A stretch of 64,000 nt of DNA from Squalus acanthias (lineage: Eukaryota), in NCBI GenBank assembly GCA_030390025.1, contig CM059433.1:30754001-30818000 (forward strand), written 5' to 3'. Shown piece by piece: positions 38,121 through 50,974 of this stretch. Positions within the stretch are counted from its first letter, which is position 1. Each line of letters begins with the position of its first letter. The position numbers and the translations under genes are program-made. The notes beneath the pieces were generated by a model, which did no database searches, was not told the DNA's origin, and worked only from the letters and a program-made list of their open reading frames with translations.

Positions 38121-38575
38121 ACCCTGATTATCCACGTTGATGCGCTTCCAACAGAGATTGATGGATAACAATCAGGAGCTCGAATCCGAGTGGATTTTCC
38201 CCGCTCTAACTCAGGGGCCTAAGCCCAATCACAGCCAATTTCTGTTTCCCTAGCTTGAGATCGATCAATTGATTCTGAACAGGCACGATGGGCTGAATGG
38301 CCTCCTTCTGTGCTGTTTATTCTATGAGTTCAGCACAGACCAGGTCAACTTGGGACTTTCCTGTTCTGTACAGCTGGATAAACTCTCTGAGGCATCAGAG
38401 CAACCTGGAAATCATTGCTTTTAAATAGAGTAAGTATAGACAAAATAAGAAAAATACTTCTTATCAAAATACTTGATCAAAATAGCTGCTGGGGCTTAAT
38501 ACTTGGGACTCTGTTTGATTTAAATTGTGACAAAGGAATCATGCTCCCCTGATGCCAAGGTGGCAGAATAAAGAA

Positions 38576-38998
38576 ATAACTAGCATTTACAAAGCATTTG
38601 TTACAACCACGGGATGTCCCAAAGCGCTTTACAACCAACAAAGTTATTTTGAAGTGTAGTCACTGTTGGAAACACAGCAAACAATTTGTGCACAGCAAGC
38701 TCCCACAGACAGCAATGTGATAATGACCAGATAATCTGTTTTTAGTGATGTTGGTTGAGGGATAAATATTAGCCAGGACACCGGGGAAAACTCACCTGCT
38801 CTTCTTCAAAATAGTGCCATGGGGTCTTTTACATCCACCTCAGAGCATCTCATTTGAAAGACAGCACCTCTGACAGTGCAGCGCTCCCTTGGTACTGCAC
38901 TGGGAGTGTCAGCCTAGATTTTATGCTCAAGTCTCTGGAGTGGGACTTGAACCCACAACCTTCTGACTTCAGAGTGCTGTCAACTGAGCCACAGCTGA
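38576..38998 (-). mobile_element. DeuSINE
   Basis: Matches the other copies. Confidence 0.85.
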
Positions 38999-39169
38999 TA
39001 CATGACAGAACATTGCAGCTTCTTCTGATCCCTCAGGAGACAGAGGAAGGGACCACTTCCCTTCAATTTGATAAAGATTACTGAGGGGCAATCTGCTATT
39101 CCATTGTTTATTTCCTACACACTGTAAAACAACACCAAGAAGTCATTGTGTGAGAGTGTCTCTTGGCTA

Positions 39170-39860
39170 TACTCCATTGGCTAGCCACTGACTCCATCCC
39201 TCTCCTTAACATCTGTCTAAGGCTGAACCACACTGTTTGCAAAATTGGTGTCATATTTGACCCTAAAATGAGCTTCCGACCACATATCCGCAGCATAACA
39301 AAGACCGCCTATTTCCACCACTGTAACATCGCCCGTCTCCGCCTTTGCCTCAGCTCATCCGCTGCTGAAACCCTCATCCATGCCTTTGTTACCTCTAGAC
39401 TTGACTGTTCCAACGCACTACTGGCTTGAGGTGATCCAAAACTCGGCTGCCCATGTCCTAACTCGCACCAAGTCCCATTTACCCATCACCCCTGTGCTCG
39501 CTGACCTACATTGGCTCCCAGTTAAGCAACGCCTCGATTTCAAAATTCTCATCCTTGTTTTCAAATCCCTCCATGGCCTCACCCCTCCCTATCTCTGTAT
39601 TCTCCTTCAGCCCCACAACCCCCCAAGATATCTGCGCTCCTCTAATTCTGCCCTCTTGAGCATCCCTGATTATAATCGCTCAACCATTGGTGGCCGTGCC
39701 TTCTGTTGCCTAGGCCCTAAGCGCTGGAATTCTCTGCCTAAACCTCTCCGCCTCGCTACCTCTCTTTCCTCCTTTAAGACGCTCCTTAAAACCTACCTCT
39801 TTGACCAAGCTTTAGGTCATCTGCCCTAATTTCTCCTTATGTGGCTCAGTGTCAAATGTT
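39170..39860 (+). mobile_element. L2 3' part
   Basis: ORFs 39163-39829 (AETLIHAFVTSRLD…LHWLPVKQRLDFKIL). Confidence 0.92.
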
Positions 39861-39862
39861 TT

Positions 39863-40290
39863 GGGGGGAAATATTGGGTTGGTTTGCGCCTCTTGTTAGC
39901 GCCCCTGGGGGGCGCTAACGGGGCGCAAATCCTCTAGCACCCGGGCGCGGCGCCACTAATGCCTCCTGCGAAATTCAGATATCAGGTGTCCCTGATGCCA
40001 CTTAGAGGTAGCTGACGCCTCTTAAAGGGGAGGTGCACACTGGCTGCAGAACGAAGGGAACACTCAACAATAGTAAAATGGAAGCAACAAACGCTAAGGA
40101 ACCACCAAGATTATCTGACGCTACCTTTGAGGCCCTGCTGAAGGCAGTGGACAGGAGGGGGGGACATCTTCTTTCCACTCCCACCCTCCCCCAGGAAATA
40201 ATGAAGCCCTCAAGGCATCAACTCAAGAGACAGTGGGAAGAGGTCGCAGACCATGTCAATGCCAGGGCCTTGGCCCCCCAGGACATGGTT
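39863..40290 (+). mobile_element. Harbinger left end (family C-like) with Myb/SANT exon remnant
   Basis: End resembles 15527; PPRLSDATFEALLKAVDRR…KRQWEEVADHVNA. Confidence 0.75.
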
Positions 40291-40949
40291 GTGGCCATCC
40301 AATCTTTAAATGGCATCTCACTCCAGTGCAAAAGGAAAGCGACACGCTTTGAAAATGAATGCAAGATTTCAAAGCTGAACTAATACATCACCAAAGTGAG
40401 AGAACAAGGGCAGAAATAATCACTGAACATTACAGTGATTCATCGGCTGCCCATTCAGGCAAGAACTAGTCGAGTGATGGAATGCTAATAGTCCTGAGCC
40501 TTTACACATCACAATTGAAAAACATGCTCGGTGAGCTAGAATAATAACAGGCACCAATAATTGGACTCCATGGACAGCAGGAAAACCTCATAATTCTTCG
40601 TAAACATTTTAGTGCTCAATATTTACGATTGCATCATAATCATAACAATTTGATGGCAGCTACATCATTGTATCATTACATCTGCTCGACACTGTGTATT
40701 GCCGTTTGCAAATTACACCTGCGTTTTCACTGAAAAGAAGAAATGAGAATTTTCCATTCATTGTTCCTCCCCTCTAACTCATTAATGCAAGATTACAAGA
40801 ACAGAAGGTGCTCAAGCACAGGATTGAAAAAGCGTTAAAGATCCCATTTAACAATAAGGAACAATCATGCGGCGGGAATTTCCCCAGGGATTCCCCAGCT
40901 CCGCCCCAGAAACTTCAGTGGAAACTCCAAGGAAATTCACACCTCATAA

Positions 40950-41565
40950 AGAAAGACTTGCATTTCTATAGCGCCTTTCATGTCCTGGGGACGTCCCAAA
41001 GCGCTTCACAGCCAACAAAATACTTTTAAAGTGTAGTCACTGTTGTAATGTAGGAAATGCGGCAGCCAACTTGCGCACAGCAAGGTCCCACAAACAGCAC
41101 TGTGATAGTGAAATAAAGAAGAAAGAAAGACTTGCATTTCTATAGCACCTCTCACGACCACTGGATGTCCCAAAGCGCTTTACAGAGGTACTTTTTGAAG
41201 TGTAGTCACTGTTGTAATGTAGGAAATGCGGCAGCCATTTTGCGCACAGGAAGCTCCCACAAACAGCAACGTGATAATAACCAGATAATCTTTTTTTTCA
41301 GTGCTGTTGATTGAGGGATAAATATTGGCCAGGAACTCCCGTGCTCTTCTTCAAAATAGTGCCATAGGATCTTTTACGTCCACCTGAGAGGGCAGATGGG
41401 GCCTCAGTTTAACATCTCATCCGAAAGACGGCATCTACCGACAGTGCAGCACTCCCTCAGCACTACACAGGAGTGTCAGCCTAGATTATGTGCTCAAGCC
41501 TCTGGAGTGGGACTTGGATCCACAACCCGCTGACTCAGAGGTGAGTGTACTACCCACTGAGGCAG
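40950..41565 (-). mobile_element. Tandem DeuSINEs (tail-only copy plus full copy)
   Basis: Tail present at both 40950 and 41125. Confidence 0.85.
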
Positions 41566-41774
41566 GGCTACACCATAGTTGACTGAGTTCACGTTTAATC
41601 AAAGATACTGTAATAGTCAGTTTTTTCCTGCGGGCGGAGAGATTGAAACTATGAACATAGGAACAGGAGTAGGCACTTCAGCCATTCGAGCCTGTTCCAG
41701 CATTCAATTAGATCATGGCTGATCTGTATCTTAACTTCATTTACCCACCTTGGTTCCGTAAAATGTAATATATT

Positions 41775-44700
41775 TGGAATAGATGCAATATATTACATTT
41801 TCAAAAGGCCTTTGATAAGGTATCACATAGTAGACTCATGACTAAGGTCAGAGCATGTGAAATCAGGGGATAGGTAGCAGAACGGATAGCAAGCTGGCTA
41901 CAAAGCAGAAAACAGAGAGTAGGGGTTAAAGGTAGTTACTCAGACGGCAGAAGCTGGGAAGTGGTGTTCCACAAGGATCGGTATTGGGACCACTGTTGTT
42001 CACCGTTTACATCAACGATTTGGAATCTGGAGTCGGAAGTACAATTCCTAAATTTGCAGACACCACCAAATTGGGAGGTATAGTTAACGGAGTGCTTATC
42101 TGCACGAACACTTTTGCGGCCTTCTGCGCATGCACGCGGTGTCTCAAAGCCGCGAATGTGCACCTGATCCCCTTCTGCACATGCACGCTGTTTACCGAGG
42201 CCGCGCATGCACAGTACCCAACGGTTGCAGCCTGCAGCGTGGGCCACGCTTTCCTCAGCTCTGTGGGAGAAGGTCACTGGATCCATTGGTAGCCGGCAGG
42301 GAAGAGAGAGGATCGAAAGGGGAGAGAGGGAGGAAATTGGAGGGGGGAGAGAGGGAGAGGAGATCGGAGGGGGGAGAGAGAGAGAAGATCGGAGAGGGGA
42401 GAGAGAGGAGATTGGAGAGAGGAGAGAGAGGGGGAGAGAGAGAAGAGATCGGAGGGGGGAGAGAGAGAGGAGATTGGAGAGAGGAGAGAGAGGGGGAGAG
42501 AGAGAAGAGATCGGAGGGGGGAGAGAGAGGGGGAGAGAGGGGAGAGAGAGAGGAGATTGGAGAGGGGAGAGAGAGGAGATTGGAGAGAGGAGAGAGAGGG
42601 GGAGAGAGAGAAGAGATCAGAGGGGGGAGAGAGAGAGGAGATCGGAGAGGGGAAAGAGAGGAGATTGGAGAGAGGAGAGAGAGGGGGAGAGAGAGAAGAG
42701 ATCGGAGGGGGGAGAGAGTGAGGAGATTGGAGAGGGGAGAGAGAGGGGGAGAGAGGAGATCGGAGAGGGGAAAGAGAGGAGATTGGAAAGGGGAGAGCGA
42801 GGGGGAGAGAGAGAAGAGATCGGAGGGGGAGAGAGAGAGGAGATCGGAGAGGAGAGAGAGAGGGGGAGAGAGGGGAGAGAGAGAGGAGATTGGAGAGGGG
42901 AGAGAGCGGGGAGATCGGAGAGGGAAGAGAAAGGGGGAGAGAGAGAGTAGATCGGAGGAAGGAGAGAGAGAGTAGATCAGAGAGGGGAGAGAGCGAGGAA
43001 ATCGGAGAGGCGGAGAGTGGTGATCGGAGAGGGGAGAGAGAGGGGGATAGAGAGAAGAGATTGGAGGGGGGAGAGAGAGAGGAGATCGGAGAGGGGAGAG
43101 AGAGGAGATCGGAAGGGGAGAGAGAGAGAGATCGGAGAGGGGAGAGAGGGGGGGATAGAGAGAAGAGATCGGAAGGGGGGAGAGAGAGGAGATCGGAGAG
43201 GGGAGAGAGAGAGGAGATCGGAGAGGGGAGAGAGAGGGAGAGAGAAGAGATTGGCCAGGGGAGAGGGGGAGAGAGAGAGGAGATCGGAGGGGAGAAAGAG
43301 AGGAGATTGGAGAGGAGAGAGAGGGGGAGAGAGAGGAGGGGGAGAGAGAGAGGGAATTGGATGGGGGAGATGAGAGAGGAAATCGGAGGAGAGGAGAGAA
43401 AGGGGGGAGAGAGACAGGAGAGCGCGGGGAGAGAGGAGATCGGAGGGGGCAGAGAGAGAGGAAATCGGGGAGGGGATAGAGAGGACAGGGAATAAAGAGG
43501 AGGGGTGAGAGAGAAGATGGGGAGAGAAAGTAGGAGGGAGGGAGTGTGTGGCAAGTGACATCATTGGACTGGACAAAATCCGGGAAGTGATGACACTGTC
43601 ACTATTCACTTCATACCCAATAAACCTGTTAACAATCCATGACCCACACACAATGCCCCATCTATGGGGGGAGGGAAAGTCAGGAACTTGTTGGGCGGAG
43701 GTCAGGAACCCGACTGGGGGGGTGGTGGGGGTGGGTGCGGGAGGAACTTGGGTAAGGGGAGAAGGTCAGGAACCCGGCGGGGGTGGGGAAGAAGATCAGG
43801 AACTTGGGGGGGGGGGGCGGGGGAGGAAGTTTAGGAACTTGTTGGGGAAGGGGGCAGGAACCTGTTTGGGGAGGTGGGAGAAGGTTTTAACCTGCGAGGG
43901 TGAGCCCTGTCTGTTCGATGTGAACTCTGTTCTGTCTGGAGCCTGGCAGTCAGAATGGTTCGAATTACACTTTGCAAAGTAATTGATTACTTAGGCAGGC
44001 AGGAACTAATTACACATTCCAGAGAAACTACTGGGTGTGTCTTGTCCTCCAAGGGGACCAATCAGAAATCAGGTCTTGTCCTCCAAGGTGACCAATAAGA
44101 AATCTGGTGTTAGAAATAAATGTGACCTACAGTAAGATTGCGACAAAATACAAGAGGGCATTAACAAACTTGCAGAATGTGCGTTTAATTGGCAAATGAA
44201 TTTCAATATAGATAAGTGTGAGGTGGTGCATTTTGGTAGGAAGAATAAGGAGGCCACATACTGCTTGGATAATAAGTCTAAATGGGGTAAAGGAGCCAAG
44301 TGATCGAGGGGTACAGATACACAAATGACTAAAAGTAGCAATGCGGTTTAATAATGCCATTAAAAAAGCAAACCAAGCACTAGGGTTTGTTTCTAGAGGG
44401 ATAGACTCGGTTCCGAGGGACTGCCTAAGAGAGAGACTTGAAAACCAACGACATTATGTTAAACTTGTATAGAACCTTGGTTAAACCACACTTGGCATCC
44501 TGTGCATAGTTCTGGTCTCCGTATTATAAAAAGAATATAGAGGCGTGAGTGAAGGTGCAAAAGAGATTCACAAGGATGATACCAGAACTGAGAGGTTATA
44601 ATTATCAGGAAAGATTGAACATGCTGTGGCACTTTTCTCTAATAAAGAGAAGGCTGAGGGATGACTTGATAGAGGTCTTTAAGATAATGAAAGGGTTTGA

Positions 44701-44895
44701 TAGGGTAGACATGGAGAAAATGTTTCCACTTGTGGGGGAGACCAAAATTAAAGGTCATCAATATAAGATAGTCACTAATAAATCCATTCGGGAATTCAGG
44801 AAAAACGCCTTTACCCACTGTGGTTAGAATGTGGAACGCACTACCACATGGAGTAGTTGAGACAAATAGCATAGATGCATATAAGGGGAAGCTAT
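41775..44895 (+). mobile_element. CR1 RT region split by a 2-kb insertion; pieces 41775-42088 and about 44130-44895
   Basis: …GPLLFTVYINDL…FADTTKLGGIVN resumes as DCDKIQEGINKLAE…. Confidence 0.88.
42301..43545. repeat. Purine-rich (GA) minisatellite punctuated by GATCGG/GATTGG
   Basis: About 1.25 kb almost entirely G and A; variable units of roughly 24-40 bp. Confidence 0.95.
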
Positions 44896-45120
44896 CTTGA
44901 ATCTGCTTCATCTGGTTGACCGCAAATGGAGTAACTGTTAGTTCTTGGTCGAATTTAGAACCGGCAGCAATGCTTAGCATTGAGGGCTTGTGAAAGTCGC
45001 TGTATATCTGCTCTGTGAACTATCGTACTCACACATCCGCCTCAGTGTGACTATTCCAGCCATGTATTGATCTTATCAGGAATTTTTTCCTTGTTTTCCT
45101 TTTCATTTGTAATAGTCCAT

Positions 45121-45922
45121 GGGGGAAAAATTCGGTTGCTTTGCGCCTCCCGTTAGTGCCCTAAGAGGGCGCTAATGGGACGCAAAACAACGAGCGCCCG
45201 CAGATCGTGACGTCAGTCGAGTGTGCAACGTCCCGGTAGCACCCCGGACTGGATATTCAGTGGCGCCCCCTGCCTTACCGCCTGCTGCTAGCAACGACAG
45301 GTTGAGGGGAACGTTTTGCAGTCGGGAAGGGACTGGGGGAGCGCTATTTAAAGGCGACCGCTTCCTGACTTTTTTTGTGGGCGACATTTTTGCACCATGC
45401 ATTCTGAGAGAGAGAGACTTCTGGAGAGATTCAACGCTGTGTGAAGGAGTTTTGGGCACTGAGCTTCACTTTGCAGGTTCATTTTGATTTGTCCTTCCTT
45501 GCATCGATTTAGAAGAGACTATGGGGGCTGCACTCTGAGTTCTTTCCCTGGGCCTCTCCATTGTTCTTTCCAGCAGAATTGATGTACAGATCTCTCCAGG
45601 CCGAGATTCAAGGCTGCAATGAGCAGGGTGTGGATGGAGAGCAAGATCGACCCTCCCCTTTAAGAACTGGCCAGCACCAGTGTGTCTGTGTTCCATTGCT
45701 GAATGACATCACATGAGTTTCGCCAGCGCTCTGAGTTAGCACCTCGCTCCTCGGCGTTAGCGTCTTAAGACAGGTGTGTAGCTCCTCATTTAGCGCTCCA
45801 ATCACCTCCAGGGGCGATAGAAGCCAAGTTTGCAGTCGGAGGCGATAATTAGTGCCAGGCGCTAAACTTTGCGCCCGGCCGATAATTGCGCCCCAAACGG
45901 GGCGATATGGAATTTCTCCCCC
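45121..45922. mobile_element. Harbinger-type MITE, family C
   Basis: CAT|GGGGGAAAAATTC…GAATTTCTCCCCC|CAT: TIR plus 3-bp TSD. Confidence 0.88.
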
Positions 45923-46214
45923 CATGTCTCAATGAAGTGTTTTCAAGGAATATTGTGCACTTGGGCAAGATTTTGAATCGCCTCGGTTCCTGAAAGCAAT
46001 ACTGACTTCTCTGCAACCTGCACTCAAGAAAGCTGGCCAAGCTTCAAACACTCTCTTGACTTTCCTTCAAGATCCAATGGGAGGATGAGTTGAAACAGCT
46101 GGCAAAATGTGCGATGACTGGACTAGGAGTGGAAGATGCAGCTGGGCTGGAAAGACCTTTAATAAGAAAGTTAGATGGTACTGTATATGGATGACTTTAG
46201 AGAACACAGGTGGG

Positions 46215-47480
46215 CTCTGCTGCCCGTATCCTAACTCGTAACAAGACCTGTTCACCCATCACCCCTGTGCTCGCTGACCTACATTAGCTCCCAGTCTGGC
46301 AATGCCTCGATTTTAAAATTCTCATCCCCGTGTTCAAATCCCTCCAGGGCTTCACCCTCCTTATCTCTGTAACTTCCTCCAGCCCTACAACCCTCCGAGA
46401 TCTCTATGCTCCTCCAAATCTGGCCTCTTGAGCATCCCCGATTTCCTTTGCTCCACCATTGTCGTCCGTGCCTTCAGCTGCCTAGGCCCTAAGCTCTTGA
46501 ACTCTCTCCCTAAACCTCTCCGCCTCTCTCCCTAACATCTGTTTGCGGCTGAACCACACTGTTTACAACCTTGGTGTCATATTTGACCCTGAAATGAGCT
46601 TCTGACCACATATCCACACCATTACTAAGACCGCCTATTTCCACCTCTGTAACATCACCTGTCTCCGCCCTTGCTTCAGCTCATCTGCTGCTGAAACCCT
46701 CATCCATGCCTTTGTTATCTCTAGACTTGACTATTCCAACGCACTCCTGGACGGCCTCCCACATTCTACCCTAGATAAACTTGAGGTCATCCAAAACTCG
46801 GCTGCCCGTGTCCTAACTCGCAGCAAGTCCCGTTCACCCATCGCTGACCTACGTTGGCTCCTGGTTAAGCAACGCCTCGAGTTCAAAATTCTCATCCTTG
46901 TTTTCAAATCCCTCTCTGGCCTTACCCCTCCCTATCTCTGTAATCTCTTTCAGCTCCACAACCCCACAACCTCCCGAGATATCTGCGCTCCTCTAATTCT
47001 GCCCTCTTGAGCAACCCTGATTATAATCGCTCAACCATTGGTGGCCATGCCTTCTGTTGCCTAGGCCCTAAGCTCTGGAATTCCCTGCCTAATCCTCTCC
47101 TCCTCTCTACCTCTCTCTCCTCCTTTAAGACGCACCTTAAAACCTACCTCTTTGACCAAGATTTTGGTCACCTGCCCTAATTTCTCCTTATGTGGATCGG
47201 TGTCAAATTTTTTGTCTTTTAATACTCCTGTGAAGCGCCTTGGGACGTTTTACTATGTTAAAGGCGCTATATAAATACAAGTTGTTCAGTTGTTTGTTAC
47301 CTCTCGCTCCTCTTTTAAGATGCTCCTTGAAACCTACCTCTTTGACCAAGCTTTTGGTCACCTGTCCTAAAATCTCCTTATATGGCTCAGTATCAAATTT
47401 TGTTTGGTAATGCTCCTGTGAAGTGGCTTGGGACGTTTTACTACATTAAAGTTGCTAAATGAATACAAGTTGTTGTTGTT
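46215..47480 (+). mobile_element. L2 3' fragment with a second L2 (about 46530-47297) nested inside
   Basis: First copy breaks at cctctccgcctctct and resumes at acctctcgctcctc; two tails present. Confidence 0.85.
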
Positions 47481-47784
47481 TTATGGGTAGTCCAATAAAC
47501 GGAACAGTGCATAGTTGGCCTCAGATGTGTCCAAACAACCTTGGGGCAAGTAACTGGACTGTAAGCAGCTGGCCTCAGAGCAAGGAGGTGCACCTGAGAG
47601 GTTTTGAAGCACAATAAGTTAAAAAGTATAAGAAATGGTGAGGGCCAAATGTGGCCATCGTCGCAGAGAGTTAACCTACAGTATTACAAAAATTAGAGTT
47701 TCTGTTCAGATTATTCCATAAATGTAGACTAGTTTCACAGCACTTAAAGTTTTATTCCAATGTAATTAAAATACATATCAGAGA

Positions 47785-48158
47785 CATGAGCACAAACTCT
47801 AGGCTAACACTCCAGTGTGGTACTGAGGGAGTGCTGCACTGTCGGAGGTGACTTCTTTTGGATGAGACGCTGAACCAAGGCCCCATCTGCCTTCTCAGGT
47901 AGACATAAAAGATTCCACGGCACTATTTCGAAGAACAGGAGAGTTCTCCCCAGTGCCTTGCCCAATATTTATCCTTCAACCGACATTAATAAATATAGTT
48001 ACCATCACATTGCTGCGTGTGGGATCTTGCTGTGTGCAACTTGGCTGCCACTTGGCCTACATTACAGCAGTGACTACACTTCTAAAGTATTTAATTAGCT
48101 GTAAAGCGATTTGGGACATACTAAGATCGTGAAAGGCGCTATATAAATGCAAGTTTTT
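47785..48158 (+). mobile_element. DeuSINE lacking its head
   Basis: Central domain and tail present. Confidence 0.83.
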
Positions 48159-49762
48159 CATATATCTTTAAAAATACCTATATATATTGTGAAATGTGTA
48201 AATAGCTTGGGGATTCCTGAAACATTTGTGTGGTTGGGGAGTGGGGGGGGGAGGTAGAGCAGCATCACCATATTTGGGTGTTCCTGAAGAGTCTCATTTC
48301 ATGACACAACTTGGAAAGGTCACCGTAAGCACACCTAGGTTTAATCAAATAGACTGTAAGCATAACGAAATACTACTTAGCCTACTGACGTTAACCAAGA
48401 TTGTAATGTATCCTTAAAAAAAGGATAGTGGATAGGACTGAGAAAGGTCTCACTGTGAGATATGTGAAGCGCACTTCAAGGACTCAACCTCTATTAATTT
48501 TCAAGGATTAAGACAATCATTGTCATGGAAACTTAAAACTCAAGGCTGTTCTCGAGTAATGTATTAAAATATCCAACTAAATCCTCCCACTTACTGCATA
48601 GCAACTCTGCTTATCAAATCTAAGAACAAACAGAGTTATTAATTATTTTCTCCAACTGGAATTGGAGCAGGAATATAATTGAAAGTAAAATTGAATTAAA
48701 AGAACAAAGGACTTCAGCTGAACAATCTTAGTACAAAGGGACAGGTGCATAAGCTTCCATAGTTCTGACACAGCTATGTGCCAAGAGTAGTGCTTTATAT
48801 CCTGATAGCAGTCAGAGGAGACTCACAGATAAAATTAAATCTTGTAAATTGGATTAGCAATAGACCAGGTGCAGGAAACCAAGGAATACCACAACGATTG
48901 CTCCTTGAGTTCCGGTTTTTCAAGTTTAAAAAAAAATACGTCAACAAATGTACCGCAATTATAACTGCTCAGTTTGCGGACAACACAAAGTTGTTTGGGA
49001 AACCAGTGCATTCTTAGTACATTGATATTGTTCACAGGGGTCCGGGGGTGGAGCTTCCTCCATTATTCCACTTGAAATCGAGCAGGGTTTAGGATATGGA
49101 TCACATGTGGAAAAGGATGTAAATTTGGGTGGTGCAGTCTATTACCGCCTCATCGTCCCTATCTGAGTTTTCCTCCTCATGAACCTCCCAGGACCACTAC
49201 GGACCGCTCCTTCCCTGCCTGCCGCATACAAATGCCTCGGGTAGTGGCGGGATTGACTCCGAATGAAGGGAGTGGACCTAGTAGCCGAGTGGAGGTCTCC
49301 GCTCACTCACCATGATGTCTTACCAGCTGAAGGTCTTGTTCTTCTTCCAGTCCTTTGAGGCCCTGCGGACCCTTTAATCCTTCTTGCGGTCTCTTCTGGT
49401 ACCACCATGAATACTTGATGACTCCCGACCCAGGAAACTGGCCTGGGGTTCTGGCGGGGTCAAGACAGTGGGCAAAAGTCCCACCTCAACCATGTAGGAA
49501 TAGGGTGAAGAAAAAACAGGCCCTACAGTAACTTAGCAAGTGGACAGATGAATGGCAGATACAATTTGATCGCAAGAAATGGAGGTCAACATTTATTGGT
49601 GCCTAAACAAATAGCAGATAGGACTGCACAATGAAGGGGTAATTATTAAATAAAGCAAAGCTGTAAAAAAGATCTCCATGTGTCAGTTTCCCCCATGCCA
49701 AGAGTGTTTAGGGTATGGATCACAGGATGTAAATCTAAGTAGACAAATGCTAATTCTCCAGA

Positions 49763-50593
49763 AATTAATGGATTGGTCAGGAGAGCAGAAAAGTGGCAAA
49801 TGGAATTCAATCCAGAGAAGTGTGAGGTAATGCATTTGGGGAGGGCTAACAAGGCAAGGGAATACACAATAAATGGTAAGATACTGAGAAGTGTAGAGGA
49901 ACAGAGGGATCTTGGAGTGCATGTCCACAGATCGTTGAAGGTAGCAGGACAGGTAGATAAGGCGGTTAAGAAGGCATACGCGATACTTTCCTTTATTAGC
50001 TGAGACGTAGAATATAAGAGCAGTATAACTGTATAAAACACTAGTTAGAGTACTATGTACAGTTCTGGTCACCACATTACAGGAAGGCTGTGATCACACT
50101 AGAGAGGGTACAGAGGAGATTTATGAGGATGTTGCCAGGACTGGAGAACTTTAGCTATGAGGAAAGATTGGAAAGGCTGGGGTTGTTTTCTTTGGAACAG
50201 AGGAGGCTGAAGGGAGATTTAATTGAGGTGTATAAAATGATGATGGGCATAGATAGAATGGATAGGAAGCACCTATTTCCCTTAGCAGAGAGGTCAATAA
50301 CCAGAGGACATAGATTTAAAGTAACTGGTAGAAGGATTAGAGGGAAGTTGAGGAGAACATTTTTTCACCCAGAGGGTGATTGGGGGTCTGGAACTGACTG
50401 CCTGAAAGGGTGGTAGAGGCAGAAAGCCTGACCGCATTTAAAAAGTTCGTAGATATGCATTTGAAGTGCTGTAACCTACAAGGCTATGGACGAAGAACTG
50501 GAAAGTGGGATTAGGCTGGATAGCTCTTTTCAGCCGGTACAGACAAGATGGGCTGAATGGCCTCCTTCTGTGCTGTAAATTTCTATGATTCTA
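49763..50593 (+). mobile_element. CR1 3' part
   Basis: ORFs 49773-50003 and 50090-50416. Confidence 0.92.
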
Positions 50594-50974
50594 GGAGACC
50601 ACACTTGGTCTCTTCATCCCTAGCCTAAGGGACTAATTCTAGTGCTAATTACAATGCTTTTCCTGCAGTTATAATGTTTGTTAAATATACTTATCCTTAA
50701 ATTATTTAAATTTCTTTTAATAATTTAGTGATATCTTAAGGACCAGATTTTATCTGGCTGACTTGTTTCATATTAATTCTTATAGCTTATGAGTAATTTT
50801 GTTCTGTCAGTAATTATATTATTTTATGAGCTGACATTTCTGTGATTATTCTGATCTGGTTCATTAACCACCAGAAAAAACATATATTCTTCATAGTTAA
50901 ATGTTTTTCACTAAAACCTAATTGTCTATATTAGTAACTAAGGTACATAAAGCATGTTTTTTGAAGAAGTTAGT

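Noticed and set aside
42130..43651. Long ORFs in several frames (up to 426 aa)
   Set aside because: Artefacts of the stop-poor GA minisatellite; products are pure low complexity
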